NCBI GenBank assembly: GCA_003476445.1
Contig: DMUF01000037.1
Coordinates: 686-35,783, forward strand
DNA from: Gammaproteobacteria bacterium
GTDB taxonomy: Bacteria > Pseudomonadota > Gammaproteobacteria > Pseudomonadales > Azotimanducaceae
Direction of reading: 5' to 3'
Length of the DNA stretch: 35,098 nt
Shown: positions 18,183 through 27,710 of the stretch, one piece after another
Layout of the letters: every line of letters begins with the position of its first letter
How positions within the stretch are numbered: position 1 is the first letter of the stretch
Notes under the pieces: generated by a model
The model's database searches: none
Seen by the model: the letters and a program-made list of their open reading frames with translations, nothing else
Told to the model about the DNA's origin: nothing
Position numbers and translations under genes: made by a program

Positions 18183-19922
18183 ATGGCATTGAGGCAAGGC
18201 GATCAACGCAAGCCGGTCTCGAATCTGATCGGCCTGGTGCCCCTCGTGGGTACACTGCGCAACTATCGCCGCACAGATCTGGCGGCTGATCTGAGCGCGG
18301 GCATTATTGTCGGCATCATCTCCATCCCCCAGGCCGTTGCCTATGCGCTGCTGGCGGGCATGCCCCCGGAAGCGGGCCTCTACGCGTGTCTTCTGCCGCT
18401 TGTGCTGTATGCCGTATTCGGCACCTCGTCGCACCTCATGGTCGGCCCTGTCGCCATGACCGCCCTGCTCGTCGCTTCCGCGATCGGCACGTTTGGCGTT
18501 CCGGAAGGTCGTGCACCCGCTTCCGTCGCCGCTGTGCTCTGCATTGAAGCAGGGCTACTGCTCTGGCTGCTGCGCGCGATCCGCATGAGCGGCCTGGTCA
18601 ATCTGTTGAGCCACCCGGTCATGTCCGGATTCGTCAGTGCCGCCGCGGTGTTGATCATCCTCAGCCAGCTGCAACCTCTCATCGGCAGCGCCCTGGGCAT
18701 GGGTCGCATCTTCGATCTGACGCAGCTTCCGAACATGTTAACTAACGCAAACACTGCGGCCGCGTGGATCGGGGGCGGCAGCCTGTTCTTTCTGTTTGCG
18801 CTGCAACAGATCGGACCCAGGCTGCTACGCCGCGCGGGCCTTGGCCTCACAGCGGCCCAATGGATTGCGCGCACCGGCGCGCTTGTCGTGACAGTCGTGG
18901 CCACGTTCTGCGTGGTCGTATTCGATCTAAACAGGTCCGCAGGCGTTGCCGTGGTCGGCGCGGTTCCCCCAGGATTGCCCGGGTTCGCGCTACCTTCACT
19001 CGATGCCGCGCTATGGCGCGCGCTGCTGCCGACCGCCGCGCTGGTCGCCATCATCGCGTATATCGAGAGCTATTCCATCGGCACGACGCTCGCCGCCCGG
19101 CGCGGCACACGGGTGGACGCCGGACAGGAGCTGATCGCGCTCGGCGCTGCGAACATTGGCGCGGGGCTGACCGGCGCCTACCCCGTTGCAGGCAGCTTCT
19201 CGCGCTCCGGTGTCGCCTTTCAGACCGGCGCGCGCACGACGGTCAGCGGACTTTTCTGTGCGGCAGTGATCGTCGCTGCGCTGCTGTTTCTCACCCCCTG
19301 GATTGCGCGGGTGCCGATGGCTGCGCTGGCAGCAATCATCATCGTGTCGGTATTCAGCCTTATTGATCTACGCGGGATACGCCAACACTGGCGGGGTCAT
19401 CGTGCGGACAGTCTGACGCAGCTGTTCACCTTCGGTGTCGTGCTGGCGGTCTCCGTAGAGGCCGGTCTCATCGTCGGCATCGGGCTTTCGATCGCGTTTT
19501 TCCTGCGGCAATCGAGCCGCGCGCGCATGACTCTGGTAGGCCCGGTGGAAGGCACCGGCCAGGTCCGCAACGTGGATCGCTATCCGATCGAGGCCTCAAC
19601 CAAGGTGCTCGCGCTGCGCATTGATGAGGACGTGTTCTTCGCCAACGCAGGCCCGATCGAAGACGGCGTCCTGGAACGTATTTCACGGCAGCCGGGGTAT
19701 CGCCACCTGTTGCTCGTCGGCAGTTCGATCAACCGCATCGACTCCACGGGGGCAGAGATGATTGCGCGCCTCTCGCGCAATCTGGCGGTGGCCGGCATCA
19801 AGGTGCACCTGTCCGACATCAAGGGACCGGTTCTGCAACAGCTCGAATCGGCCGGCGTTACCCGCGAGCTCACCGGCCAGATCTTCTTCTCCGCCGAACA
19901 GGGGCTACGCAGCCTCGCGTGA
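18183..19922 (+). CDS. SulP family inorganic anion transporter with C-terminal STAS domain
   Basis: SulP N-terminal signature DLSAGIIVGIISIPQAVAYALLAGMPPEAGLY, multiple TM segments, and a STAS-like tail (LLLVGSSINRIDSTGAEMIARL...IKVHLSDIKGPVLQQLESAG). Confidence 0.9.
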   Translation: MALRQGDQRKPVSNLIGLVPLVGTLRNYRRTDLAADLSAGIIVGIISIPQAVAYALLAGMPPEAGLYACLLPLVLYAVFGTSSHLMVGPVAMTALLVASAIGTFGVPEGRAPASVAAVLCIEAGLLLWLLRAIRMSGLVNLLSHPVMSGFVSAAAVLIILSQLQPLIGSALGMGRIFDLTQLPNMLTNANTAAAWIGGGSLFFLFALQQIGPRLLRRAGLGLTAAQWIARTGALVVTVVATFCVVVFDLNRSAGVAVVGAVPPGLPGFALPSLDAALWRALLPTAALVAIIAYIESYSIGTTLAARRGTRVDAGQELIALGAANIGAGLTGAYPVAGSFSRSGVAFQTGARTTVSGLFCAAVIVAALLFLTPWIARVPMAALAAIIIVSVFSLIDLRGIRQHWRGHRADSLTQLFTFGVVLAVSVEAGLIVGIGLSIAFFLRQSSRARMTLVGPVEGTGQVRNVDRYPIEASTKVLALRIDEDVFFANAGPIEDGVLERISRQPGYRHLLLVGSSINRIDSTGAEMIARLSRNLAVAGIKVHLSDIKGPVLQQLESAGVTRELTGQIFFSAEQGLRSLA

Positions 19923-19926
19923 CAAA

Positions 19927-20760
19927 TCAGTCGCGCCCCAGTTCGGCATTAAGCGCGCCAACCCGAAGCTCCCCTTCGCGAGTCTGCCCACCGATGGCGA
20001 GAAACCGCTCCATATTGCGCTGTGCTCCCTCGGTCCGCAGCAGCCTCTGGAACAGATAGGCTTCATCAACCAGACCATCGTTCAGCGGCTTGTCTGCACC
20101 CAGGATCGCCTCTTTGGCGAGGCGCACAGCTTCGACCGGAAACGACGCGATGCGGCGCGCAAGCCGATCAACGAACGAACTGATCTCGTTCGCTTCGAAG
20201 ATGCGGTTCAGATAACCCCAGGCTTCCGCCGTCTCGGCATCGAGGTCGTCTCCTGCCAGAATGATTTCAAGCGCACGCCCGCGACCAACGAGGCGCGGCA
20301 GCCGCTGCGTGCCGGTGCCCCCCGGCAAAATGCCAAGCGGCACCTCCATCTGATTGATGACGGTCTTGCCGCGTACACCAAAGCGCATGTCGAGGCTTGC
20401 GGCCAGTTCACTGCCACCCCCGCCCACGCGGCCTTCGATCTGCGCGATCGTCACCTTGTCCATGGTCCGGAAGCGCTCGCACATCTGGTGATAGAGATTA
20501 AGCTCGGCATCACGCTGCGGCTCGGTATCGGTCGGAAAGCGCAGAATCGCGCTCACATCGAAATGCGCGAGGAAAAAATCCGGGTCTGCGCTCTTCAGCA
20601 CGACGACGGTCAGATCCGGATCATTCTTCAATTCGATCGAAAGCGCAGACAGCTCGGCGTACAGCTCGAGCGTGATGATGTTGATCGGCGGATTGCTGAT
20701 GGTCACGGTAGCCAGGCGTCCTTCCTTCACGACGCGTAGACGCTGATAGTCATAGGCCAT
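19927..20760 (-). CDS. enoyl-CoA hydratase/isomerase (crotonase) family protein
   Basis: Crotonase-fold N-terminus VVKEGRLATVTISNPPINIITLELYAEL...VVVLKSADPDFFLAHFD and oxyanion-hole region AQIEGRVGGGGSELAASLDMRF. Confidence 0.85.
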   Translation of the reverse strand: MAYDYQRLRVVKEGRLATVTISNPPINIITLELYAELSALSIELKNDPDLTVVVLKSADPDFFLAHFDVSAILRFPTDTEPQRDAELNLYHQMCERFRTMDKVTIAQIEGRVGGGGSELAASLDMRFGVRGKTVINQMEVPLGILPGGTGTQRLPRLVGRGRALEIILAGDDLDAETAEAWGYLNRIFEANEISSFVDRLARRIASFPVEAVRLAKEAILGADKPLNDGLVDEAYLFQRLLRTEGAQRNMERFLAIGGQTREGELRVGALNAELGRD

Positions 20761-21145
20761 GGTCTTCCCCCTCTCTGACCGCTGTTATCGAACCACCCAA
20801 GCTCTCAGGTTTCCCTTCGCGGAACTTGGGAGCGAGCTGGTTGCCGCTTAACGAGCCTACTGCGCGGCCGGATTGCTGTATACGACAGCGATCGCTCCCC
20901 ACGGTGCCGCTACGCCGCCGCGCCCCCCTGCAAACGGCACTGAATGCCTGCGCGTATGCCACCGGGTAGCGGGAATCTCGTCACACAAAACATGTGATCC
21001 AGCGCACAGGTCTCGGGCGCGATTCTGACACGTACTGCGCTCGACCTGCCGAGCTGCGCACGCGGTCACAGTTCTCTACCCGCGCTAATCCCTACCGTGT
21101 CCCCCGCGACCAGTCCGGTCGTATCCCGCGGAGGCCTCCACCACC

Positions 21146-22846
21146 ATGACATTATTACGCACACCCCGCCCGATCCCGTTCCAGGCACGAGGGCGTGAAT
21201 CCCGAAAGACGCGGCGCGTGACCTTGCCGTGTATCGCAGCGCTGCTCCTGCTCTGCACGGGTACCAGCCTCGCAGCAGGAATGCCCGCAGCTGCGGAAAG
21301 TGCAGCGTGGCATGCAGACTCTTCCACCGTGCAGCTCCCTCATGGGGCCACGCTGCCAGAGCACGCGATACCCGAATCTGCGATGCGCGCGCGTCTTGAT
21401 CCTGCACTGTTCACCGCCGAGCGCCTGTCCGTACCGCTCACCGAAAGCCGGTTGTTCCACGCGATCCGCCGTCAGTCGCGCGACAACGCGCAGGGCGGCA
21501 AGAGTGTCACTGGCGATTTCGCGGGCCTGCCCGGCAGCTTCTTTGCCCTGACCGAACACGCGGGTCAGGTAACAGGTTTCCTGCAAACGAGCTCAGAGCT
21601 CTGGGAAGTGAAGCCCGTGGGGGCAGGCGAGGTGCTGATCTATCGCGTCGATCCTGCCCAGATACCGCCGGAGGCGGCACCGCTACAGGTGGCGGGAGAA
21701 AACGGCACCATCCAGTCGCCGGAACCGGCGGCGCCGAAGGCGCCGGACGCACTGGACAGCAGCCTTGTTAGCACCACATCGACCGTATCAGCGGGACTCG
21801 ATGTGCCCTACCAGCATGATCTTCTGGTGGTCTATACCCCGCGCGCTGCGGCCAACGCGGGCGGCCAGGCGTCAATCCAGGGCGCGATCAGCAACGCGGT
21901 GGCAGCCGCCAACGCGGGCTATTCCCAAAGCGGGATCGCGCTCAGCCTGAACCTGGTCGGCATGGCGGAGACGCCCTATGCAGAAAACGGCGATTTCTAC
22001 ACCTCGCTCGCGCGACTCTCCGGGACTCAAGATGGTTACATGGACGAGATTCACGCGCTGCGCGACCGGCTCAAGGCCGACATCGTCATTCTCGCGAGCG
22101 AGGATTCGAGCTGGTGCGGGCTTGCCTACATGATGGGCGCACCGAGCACGGGTTTCGCCCCGTCCGCATTTGGTGTCGTGCGTCCGCTGTGCTTCTCGAA
22201 TCACTCGCTTGCGCATGAGATCGGCCACATCCAGGGCAATGATCACGATCGGCTGAACGGGATTGGCGGCTCGTTTCCCTGGTCGTTCGGCTACCGCACC
22301 TGCGACGGCACCGCACCGACCAACGGGCAGTCATTCCGCTCAATCATGAGCTACAGCTGCGGCTCGGTTCCGCGGATCAATTACTTCTCCAACCCGCGTG
22401 TCCTGTTCAACGGCGCAGCCATGGGGATCGACTACGAGACCGACCCCGCGAACGCCGCGGACAATGCTCGATCCATGACTGCGACGGCAGCCGCGGTCGC
22501 CGGATTCCGCACCGACGCACCGGTGCTGTACGCGCCCGTCGCGCCGGCTCCCGCCAGCGTGGCACCCGGGTCTCTCGCCGTCATTCAATGGACCAACGTC
22601 GCGAACGAAACCGGTTACGACGTGATCCGCGAAACCTGGAACAGCCGCAAGAACCTGTGGTCAGCCACGACGACGCGGGTAGCCGCGGACACCACCTCGC
22701 TGACCGCGAGCCTCGCATCGGGGACTTATCGGTATCGAGTCCGGGCGTTTAACGCCGTGGGAACATCGAATCCCGCGAGCGCCCTGTGCGCGACGTGCGG
22801 CAGCGACGGCAGCTTCTCCGTCGCCGGGAGCAAGAGCCGAAAATGA
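21146..22846 (+). CDS. secreted zinc metalloprotease, reprolysin/adamalysin-like metzincin with an FN3-like C-terminal domain
   Basis: HEIGHIQGNDHD (HExxHxxGxxHD) at 22214-22249 and Met-turn SIMSYS downstream. N-terminal signal peptide (basic n-region, then LPCIAALLLLCTGTSLAAG). The C-terminal 100 aa or so (from about 22517) has a beta-rich FN3-like pattern (WTNVANETGYDVIRE...GTYRYRVRAFNAVGTS). GGAGG upstream of the ATG. Confidence 0.85.
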   Translation: MTLLRTPRPIPFQARGRESRKTRRVTLPCIAALLLLCTGTSLAAGMPAAAESAAWHADSSTVQLPHGATLPEHAIPESAMRARLDPALFTAERLSVPLTESRLFHAIRRQSRDNAQGGKSVTGDFAGLPGSFFALTEHAGQVTGFLQTSSELWEVKPVGAGEVLIYRVDPAQIPPEAAPLQVAGENGTIQSPEPAAPKAPDALDSSLVSTTSTVSAGLDVPYQHDLLVVYTPRAAANAGGQASIQGAISNAVAAANAGYSQSGIALSLNLVGMAETPYAENGDFYTSLARLSGTQDGYMDEIHALRDRLKADIVILASEDSSWCGLAYMMGAPSTGFAPSAFGVVRPLCFSNHSLAHEIGHIQGNDHDRLNGIGGSFPWSFGYRTCDGTAPTNGQSFRSIMSYSCGSVPRINYFSNPRVLFNGAAMGIDYETDPANAADNARSMTATAAAVAGFRTDAPVLYAPVAPAPASVAPGSLAVIQWTNVANETGYDVIRETWNSRKNLWSATTTRVAADTTSLTASLASGTYRYRVRAFNAVGTSNPASALCATCGSDGSFSVAGSKSRK

Positions 22847-22938
22847 TGTGAGCTGATGCCGCAACACTGAGCTCAAGCACTCCTCGGCAGAGCGGATCGC
22901 GGTAGACTCGCGTACCTCATCCCACGCGGGTTCTGCCC

Positions 22939-24129
22939 ATGACCGCTCTGCCAGAGGGTGTCGCGCAAGCCATCAATGCAGCCATCGACACGGCTGCCGA
23001 TGAGCTGATCCGGGTTTCCCATGAGATCCATGGCAACCCGGAACTCGCGTTCGAGGAACACTTCGCCGCGGATCTCCTGTGCCGAACTGCCGAGCGGCAC
23101 GGTATGCAGCCCGCCCGCGGCGTCTACACGCTTGCTACCGCGTTCGAGGCACGCTTCGGCCAATCTCACGGCCCTACCGTGGCGGTGTTAGCTGAATACG
23201 ACGCCCTGCCCGGTATCGGTCACGCCTGCGGTCATAACATCATCGCCACCAGTGCGCTCGGCGCGGCCATCGGGCTTAGTCGAGTGGCCGATGCACTGCC
23301 TGGACAAGTGCGACTGCTCGGCACACCGGCAGAAGAGCGCGGCGGCGGCAAGGAGCTCATGGCGCGCGCGGGCGCGTTCGAAGGCATCGATGCTGCGCTG
23401 ATGATTCATCCGGCGGGCGTCGATCTGACGGCGATGCCCTGCATCTGCGTGGCCGAGGTCGACGTCGTCTACCACGGGCGCGCTGCCCACGCCGCCGCCA
23501 TGCCTCACCGCGGTATCAACGCGCTCGATGCGCTGCTGCTCGCCTATCAGTCCATCTCCAACCTGCGGCAGCACATCCGTCCCACCGAGCGCATCCACGG
23601 CATCGTCACCGACGGCGGGCAGGCGCCCAACATCGTGCCTGAGCGGGCGGCAGGTCGCTTTTTCGTTCGTGCCGCCAACGCGCGCGCGCTGGCCGCGCTG
23701 AAGCCGCGGGTACAGGCGTGTTTCGAGGCCGGAGCCCTCGGCGCAGGCGCGAAGGTCGAGGTGAACTGGAGCGACGTGGACTATCTCGATCTCAAGAGCA
23801 ACGCACCGCTCGCAGAGGTATTCCGCACCCACGGCGAAGCGCTAGGTCGCCAGTTCCTGGAACCCGCGGCTCTTGGCGGAGCGGGCAGCACGGACATGGG
23901 TAATGTCAGCCACCGGGTGCCATCCATCCACCCCATGCTTGCCTGTGCGCCGCCGAACGTGGTGATTCATCATCCCGATTTCGCACGCTGGGCCGCCTCC
24001 GACATGGGCGACCGGGCAGTGCTTGACGGCGCGCGCGCACTCGCGCTCACTGCAGCCGAATTTCTCTGCTCGCCAGCACTGCAGGCCCGCACGCGAGAGG
24101 CATTCGAAATTTCGAGAGGTCTTGCATGA
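22939..24129 (+). CDS. M20 family metallo-hydrolase (amidohydrolase / AbgA-like)
   Basis: Motifs YDALPGIGHACGHNIIATSALGAA, GTPAEERGGGK and YHGRAAHAAAMPHRGINALDA. Confidence 0.85.
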   Translation: MTALPEGVAQAINAAIDTAADELIRVSHEIHGNPELAFEEHFAADLLCRTAERHGMQPARGVYTLATAFEARFGQSHGPTVAVLAEYDALPGIGHACGHNIIATSALGAAIGLSRVADALPGQVRLLGTPAEERGGGKELMARAGAFEGIDAALMIHPAGVDLTAMPCICVAEVDVVYHGRAAHAAAMPHRGINALDALLLAYQSISNLRQHIRPTERIHGIVTDGGQAPNIVPERAAGRFFVRAANARALAALKPRVQACFEAGALGAGAKVEVNWSDVDYLDLKSNAPLAEVFRTHGEALGRQFLEPAALGGAGSTDMGNVSHRVPSIHPMLACAPPNVVIHHPDFARWAASDMGDRAVLDGARALALTAAEFLCSPALQARTREAFEISRGLA

Positions 24130-25325
24130 ACATTTCGTTCAGTCCACGCCACGAAGCGTTTCGCGACGAGGTCCGTCGCTTTCTGGATAGCGCGCTCACC
24201 GACGAGCTCAGAGATGCTCAGCGCTACTGTCCCGGCATCTTTTTGGATTACGAGCACAACATCGTCTGGCACCGGATTCTCTACCGCCAGGGTTGGGTGG
24301 CACCTTCGTGGCCCAAGGCTTACGGCGGCACCGGCTGGGATCTGACCGAGCGTTACATCTGGTCAACCGAAACGACGCTTGCCGGAGCGCCGAGCCTCGC
24401 GCCCATGGGTCTTGGCATGTGCGGGCCGATGCTGATCGGGCACGGCACAGAGGAACAGAAGTCCTATTACCTGCCGCGCATCCTCTCCGGAGAGGATTAC
24501 TGGTGTCAGGGTTATTCCGAACCCGCGTCGGGCTCAGACCTGGCCTCGCTCAAGCTGCGCGCAGACAGTGACGGCGATCACTACGTGCTGAACGGCAGCA
24601 AGATCTGGACAACGCACGCGCACTTCGCGAATCGCATGTTCTGTCTGGTCCGCACGCGGGACACGGGCAAAGCGCAAGAAGGCATCACGTTTCTGCTGCT
24701 CGACATGGACAGCCCAGGCATCACGGTCGAGCCGATCCTCTTTGCCTCCGGCACCCACGAAGTCAACCAGGTGTTCTTCGACAACGTGCGCGTCCCGAAA
24801 GCGAATCGGGTGGGCGTAGAGGACAAGGGGTGGACCGTCGCGAAGTACCTGCTCGAATTCGAGCGCGGCGGTGGCGGCACGGCGGCACAGCAGACTGCGC
24901 TGCGTAAGCTCCGCAACCTTGCCGCCAGCATCACGACTGACGCGGGCAGCCTCGCGGAGGACCCCGACTTTCGCCGCAAACTCGATGCGGCTGACGCGCG
25001 CCTGCAGGCCGTTCAGTACACCGAGTTTCGCATCATGGCAGCCCTGTCCCAGGGGCAGAACCCGGGCGCAGAATCCTCGATCATGAAGAATCTCGGGGCG
25101 GATCTCGGGCAGCACATCAGCGAGCTCATGGTCGAGGCACTCGGCATGTACGCCACGCCCCACCAGCCCGAAGCACGCGAAGTTGGCAGCAACGTGGAGC
25201 CGGTCGGTCCGGTCGCGGGCGTCGCCGCGTTCCCGCGTTATTTCAATCTGCGCGCCAGCTCGATCGCGGGTGGGACCAACGAGGTGCAGAAAAACATCGT
25301 GGCGAAACTGGTCCTGGGTCTCTGA
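24126..25325 (+). CDS. acyl-CoA dehydrogenase family protein
   Basis: ACAD layout with GYSEPASGSDLASL, KIWTTHAHFANRMFCLVRT and the C-terminal catalytic region IAGGTNEVQKNIVA. Its ATG overlaps the M20 stop (ATGA). Confidence 0.9.
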   Translation: MNISFSPRHEAFRDEVRRFLDSALTDELRDAQRYCPGIFLDYEHNIVWHRILYRQGWVAPSWPKAYGGTGWDLTERYIWSTETTLAGAPSLAPMGLGMCGPMLIGHGTEEQKSYYLPRILSGEDYWCQGYSEPASGSDLASLKLRADSDGDHYVLNGSKIWTTHAHFANRMFCLVRTRDTGKAQEGITFLLLDMDSPGITVEPILFASGTHEVNQVFFDNVRVPKANRVGVEDKGWTVAKYLLEFERGGGGTAAQQTALRKLRNLAASITTDAGSLAEDPDFRRKLDAADARLQAVQYTEFRIMAALSQGQNPGAESSIMKNLGADLGQHISELMVEALGMYATPHQPEAREVGSNVEPVGPVAGVAAFPRYFNLRASSIAGGTNEVQKNIVAKLVLGL

Positions 25326-25340
25326 TTGCAGCAGGTCGAG

Positions 25341-25372
25341 GCAGCGCGATCGGACTCGCCCGCGCGCGCTGC
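25341..25372. terminator. possible bidirectional terminator hairpin between convergent genes
   Basis: GCAGCGCG (25341-25348) pairs with CGCGCTGC (25365-25372), an 8-bp stem with a 16-nt loop, inside the 51-nt gap between the ACAD stop and the FAD-oxidoreductase stop. There is no U-tract. Confidence 0.3.
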
Positions 25373-25376
25373 TCGG

Positions 25377-26462
25377 TCAGCCTGCATAACGCCGGGGGTC
25401 AAGCGTGCCCGCGAGAGGGTGCTCGCGACCCAAGAGCAGCGCCGCAGCAATGGCGGCTACTGCAGGGGCCGTCTGAACCCCGAAACCACCCTGTCCCACC
25501 AGCCAGAAGAACCCGGGCAATCGGGCATCGAAGCCAACAGCCGGCGCCTCATCAGGTAAGAAGGTGCGCAGCCCCGCCCAGGCGCGACCGGGCTGTCGAA
25601 CGCTGACGGTGGTTGCGGACTCGAAGCGGTCAATCAGAACAGCAAGGTCGAGCTCGTCCGGCTGGGCATCGCAAGGCGGGCTTGGGGTCGCATCCGCCAG
25701 AGACACCATCAGCATGCCGGCGTCTGGCTTGAAATAGAGCCCGCCCTCAATCCGATGCACCATGGGCCATCCGGCCACGGGCTGTCCGGGATCGATGAGC
25801 ACCGCCGTGCGTCGATACGGGGTAAGCCCGAGCGGAGCCGCCCCCGCAAGCTGGCCGATCTCATCGCCCCAGGCGCCCGCTGCATTGACAACGATGTCGG
25901 CAGTGAGGGTTTCCGATCCGAAGCTGACCTCCCAGTGTCCAGCTCCTCGCTCTATACGATCTACCCGCGCATTACCCCGCAGCACACCCCCATTGGCGAG
26001 CAGCCGCCGGCGATAGCCTTCCAGCAGGCGATGGACATCGAGCGCACGGGTATGGGGGTCGGATACCACTCTGGCGACATTCTCCTGGCGCAGGATCGGA
26101 ACCGTGCTCCGAACCCAGACCGGGTCGACCTCCACCAGATCAGGACAGAGCGGGCGCCAGGTTTCCAGGTAATCATCGAGCAGATGAGCATGCTCCTCAT
26201 CGGCGATCATCCAATCTCCGATGGAGCTCGCACCGTGCGCCAGATGATGCTCCAGACTCGCGCAGGTCAGCGCATGCACAGTCGCGTTGATGTACGGCTC
26301 GATATACACCGCAGCCGAACGTCCCGACGCGTGGTAGCCCGGCTGGGGCTCGGCTTCGAGCACAGTCACCGAGGCCTGAGCACTTATCGCAGCGGCGCAG
26401 GACAGACCGGCAATGCCGCCGCCGATTACGACGATTCGAGGTGTGCTGCTGTGCTCAGCCAT
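25377..26462 (-). CDS. FAD-dependent oxidoreductase (DAO / glycine oxidase-like family)
   Basis: N-terminal dinucleotide fold RIVVIGGGIAGLSCAAA, and size and layout typical of the DAO family. Confidence 0.85.
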   Translation of the reverse strand: MAEHSSTPRIVVIGGGIAGLSCAAAISAQASVTVLEAEPQPGYHASGRSAAVYIEPYINATVHALTCASLEHHLAHGASSIGDWMIADEEHAHLLDDYLETWRPLCPDLVEVDPVWVRSTVPILRQENVARVVSDPHTRALDVHRLLEGYRRRLLANGGVLRGNARVDRIERGAGHWEVSFGSETLTADIVVNAAGAWGDEIGQLAGAAPLGLTPYRRTAVLIDPGQPVAGWPMVHRIEGGLYFKPDAGMLMVSLADATPSPPCDAQPDELDLAVLIDRFESATTVSVRQPGRAWAGLRTFLPDEAPAVGFDARLPGFFWLVGQGGFGVQTAPAVAAIAAALLLGREHPLAGTLDPRRYAG

Positions 26463-26538
26463 GGTTTCTCCGCTCTGTCATCCCGAAACGGTTACCGGCT
26501 GCATTATCATGACCACACGCTAACGGGAGAATACGTTC

Positions 26539-27276
26539 ATGGCGCCACTCGTGATTCGGGAAGACGATAACGGCCTTGCCATCCTCACGCTGAATCGGCC
26601 CGAAGCCCTGAACGCGCTGAGCCCCGCGCTCTTCGTCGAGCTGCGCGCGCACATCGATGCGATTGCAGCCAGCACAGACAGCATCGGCTGCGTCATCCTG
26701 TGCGGCAAAGGTCGATCCTTTTCCGCCGGTAACGATCTCAAAGCCATCCAGTCAGGCGACGTGGCTCCCAGCCGTCATTTTCAGGCCGAGACGCTCGATG
26801 CCATCGAGCAGCTGCCGCAGCCTGTCATCGCGGCGGTTCAAGGCCACTGCTACACCGGATCCCTGGAACTCGCCCTCGCCTGCGATCTCATGGTGGCGTC
26901 CGACAGCGCCAAATTCGCCGACACGCACGGCAAATGGGGGATGTCACCGACCTGGGGCATGAGCCAACGCCTGCCGCGTCGCATCGGCTTGCTTCCTGCC
27001 AAGGAAATGATGTTCAGCGGACGCGTGGTGAGCGGTTCTGAAGCAGCCAGTATGGGGCTCGCCAACCGCTGCGTGCCGGACGCCGATCTGATGTCGACCA
27101 CCATCGCCATGGCACGCGGCTTTCTCGAGAATTCGTGGTTTACCCTGCGCGCCGACAAAATGCTGGTGAACCGCGGGCTTGATTACACCCTGAGTGCGGG
27201 GCTCGAATTCGAGCGCGAGAACAGCCCAGGGCGCGGGCCCGACATGGCTGAGCGCTTGAAACGCTTTGGCGGCTGA
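26539..27276 (+). CDS. enoyl-CoA hydratase/isomerase family protein
   Basis: LAILTLNRPEALNALS, GKGRSFSAGNDLK and AAVQGHCYTGSLELALACDLMVAS. Confidence 0.88.
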   Translation: MAPLVIREDDNGLAILTLNRPEALNALSPALFVELRAHIDAIAASTDSIGCVILCGKGRSFSAGNDLKAIQSGDVAPSRHFQAETLDAIEQLPQPVIAAVQGHCYTGSLELALACDLMVASDSAKFADTHGKWGMSPTWGMSQRLPRRIGLLPAKEMMFSGRVVSGSEAASMGLANRCVPDADLMSTTIAMARGFLENSWFTLRADKMLVNRGLDYTLSAGLEFERENSPGRGPDMAERLKRFGG

Positions 27277-27286
27277 CCGCGCGCGG

Positions 27287-27568
27287 TCAGGCTACCTGAA
27301 GCGCTGATCCGAACCGTTCCAGCTCGGCGATATAGCCTTCATCTGTCTCCGGATCGAGCCAGGCAGCACGCGTTGCGGTGTCCGTGCGCTCGATATGCAG
27401 GCCCTGCTGGTGCACACGGTTGATAGCGACCAGCTCTGCCGCACGAAGATTGCGCCCGTAGGCGAGCACCGTGCAGAAGCGCTGAGCGCCAGACTGGGCC
27501 TCTTCGACCTGATAGATGAAAAGGAAAGGAGCAAGACCCATTCTTTCGAGATTGCTGGCGTGGCGCAT
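27287..27568 (-). CDS. hypothetical small protein (about 93 aa), no family recognised
   Basis: The minus frame has a balanced, protein-like composition (MRHASNLERMGLAPFLFIYQVEEAQSGAQRFCTVLAYGRNLRAAELVAINRVHQQGLHIERTD...), whereas the overlapping plus frame is Arg/Pro-rich junk. ATG at 27568 is preceded by GGAGAG at 6 nt. The track start at 27622 is a TTG. Confidence 0.5.
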   Translation of the reverse strand: MRHASNLERMGLAPFLFIYQVEEAQSGAQRFCTVLAYGRNLRAAELVAINRVHQQGLHIERTDTATRAAWLDPETDEGYIAELERFGSALQVA

Positions 27569-27677
27569 ACTGCTCTCCATGCTCTGACCCGATTCTGCCC
27601 CGCAACCGCGCGTTACGCCCAATCTCGGTGCGGGCTATCGCGTCGCTGTGCAGGATTTGGACCCCTTGCGAGGGGCT

Positions 27678-27710
27678 GGGCACCTCCGCGACCCAGCGCG
27701 GAGCGTGCCC
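27678..27710. other. 13-bp GC-rich stem-loop in the spacer between clpP2 and the small ORF (REP-like element, terminator or processing site)
   Basis: GGGCACCTCCGCG (27678-27690) pairs with CGCGGAG-c-GTGCCC (27697-27710), giving 13 bp with one bulged C and a 6-nt loop. It is flanked by smaller hairpins CCCCT-TGCG-AGGGG (27662-27675) and, on the minus strand, CGGGGG-CTCG-CCCCCG (within about 27757-27772). Confidence 0.4.

Noticed and set aside
20871-20893. CTGT...ACAG palindrome read as a LexA SOS box
   Set aside because: The spacing is CTGT-N5-ACAG rather than the CTGT-N8-ACAG of gammaproteobacterial LexA boxes, and neither flanking gene is SOS-related.
20981-20997. TCACA-N7-TGTGA read as a CRP/FNR-type site
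   Set aside because: The half-sites are in the opposite order and at the wrong spacing relative to the CRP consensus TGTGA-N6-TCACA. I kept it only as a generic inverted repeat under the protease finding.
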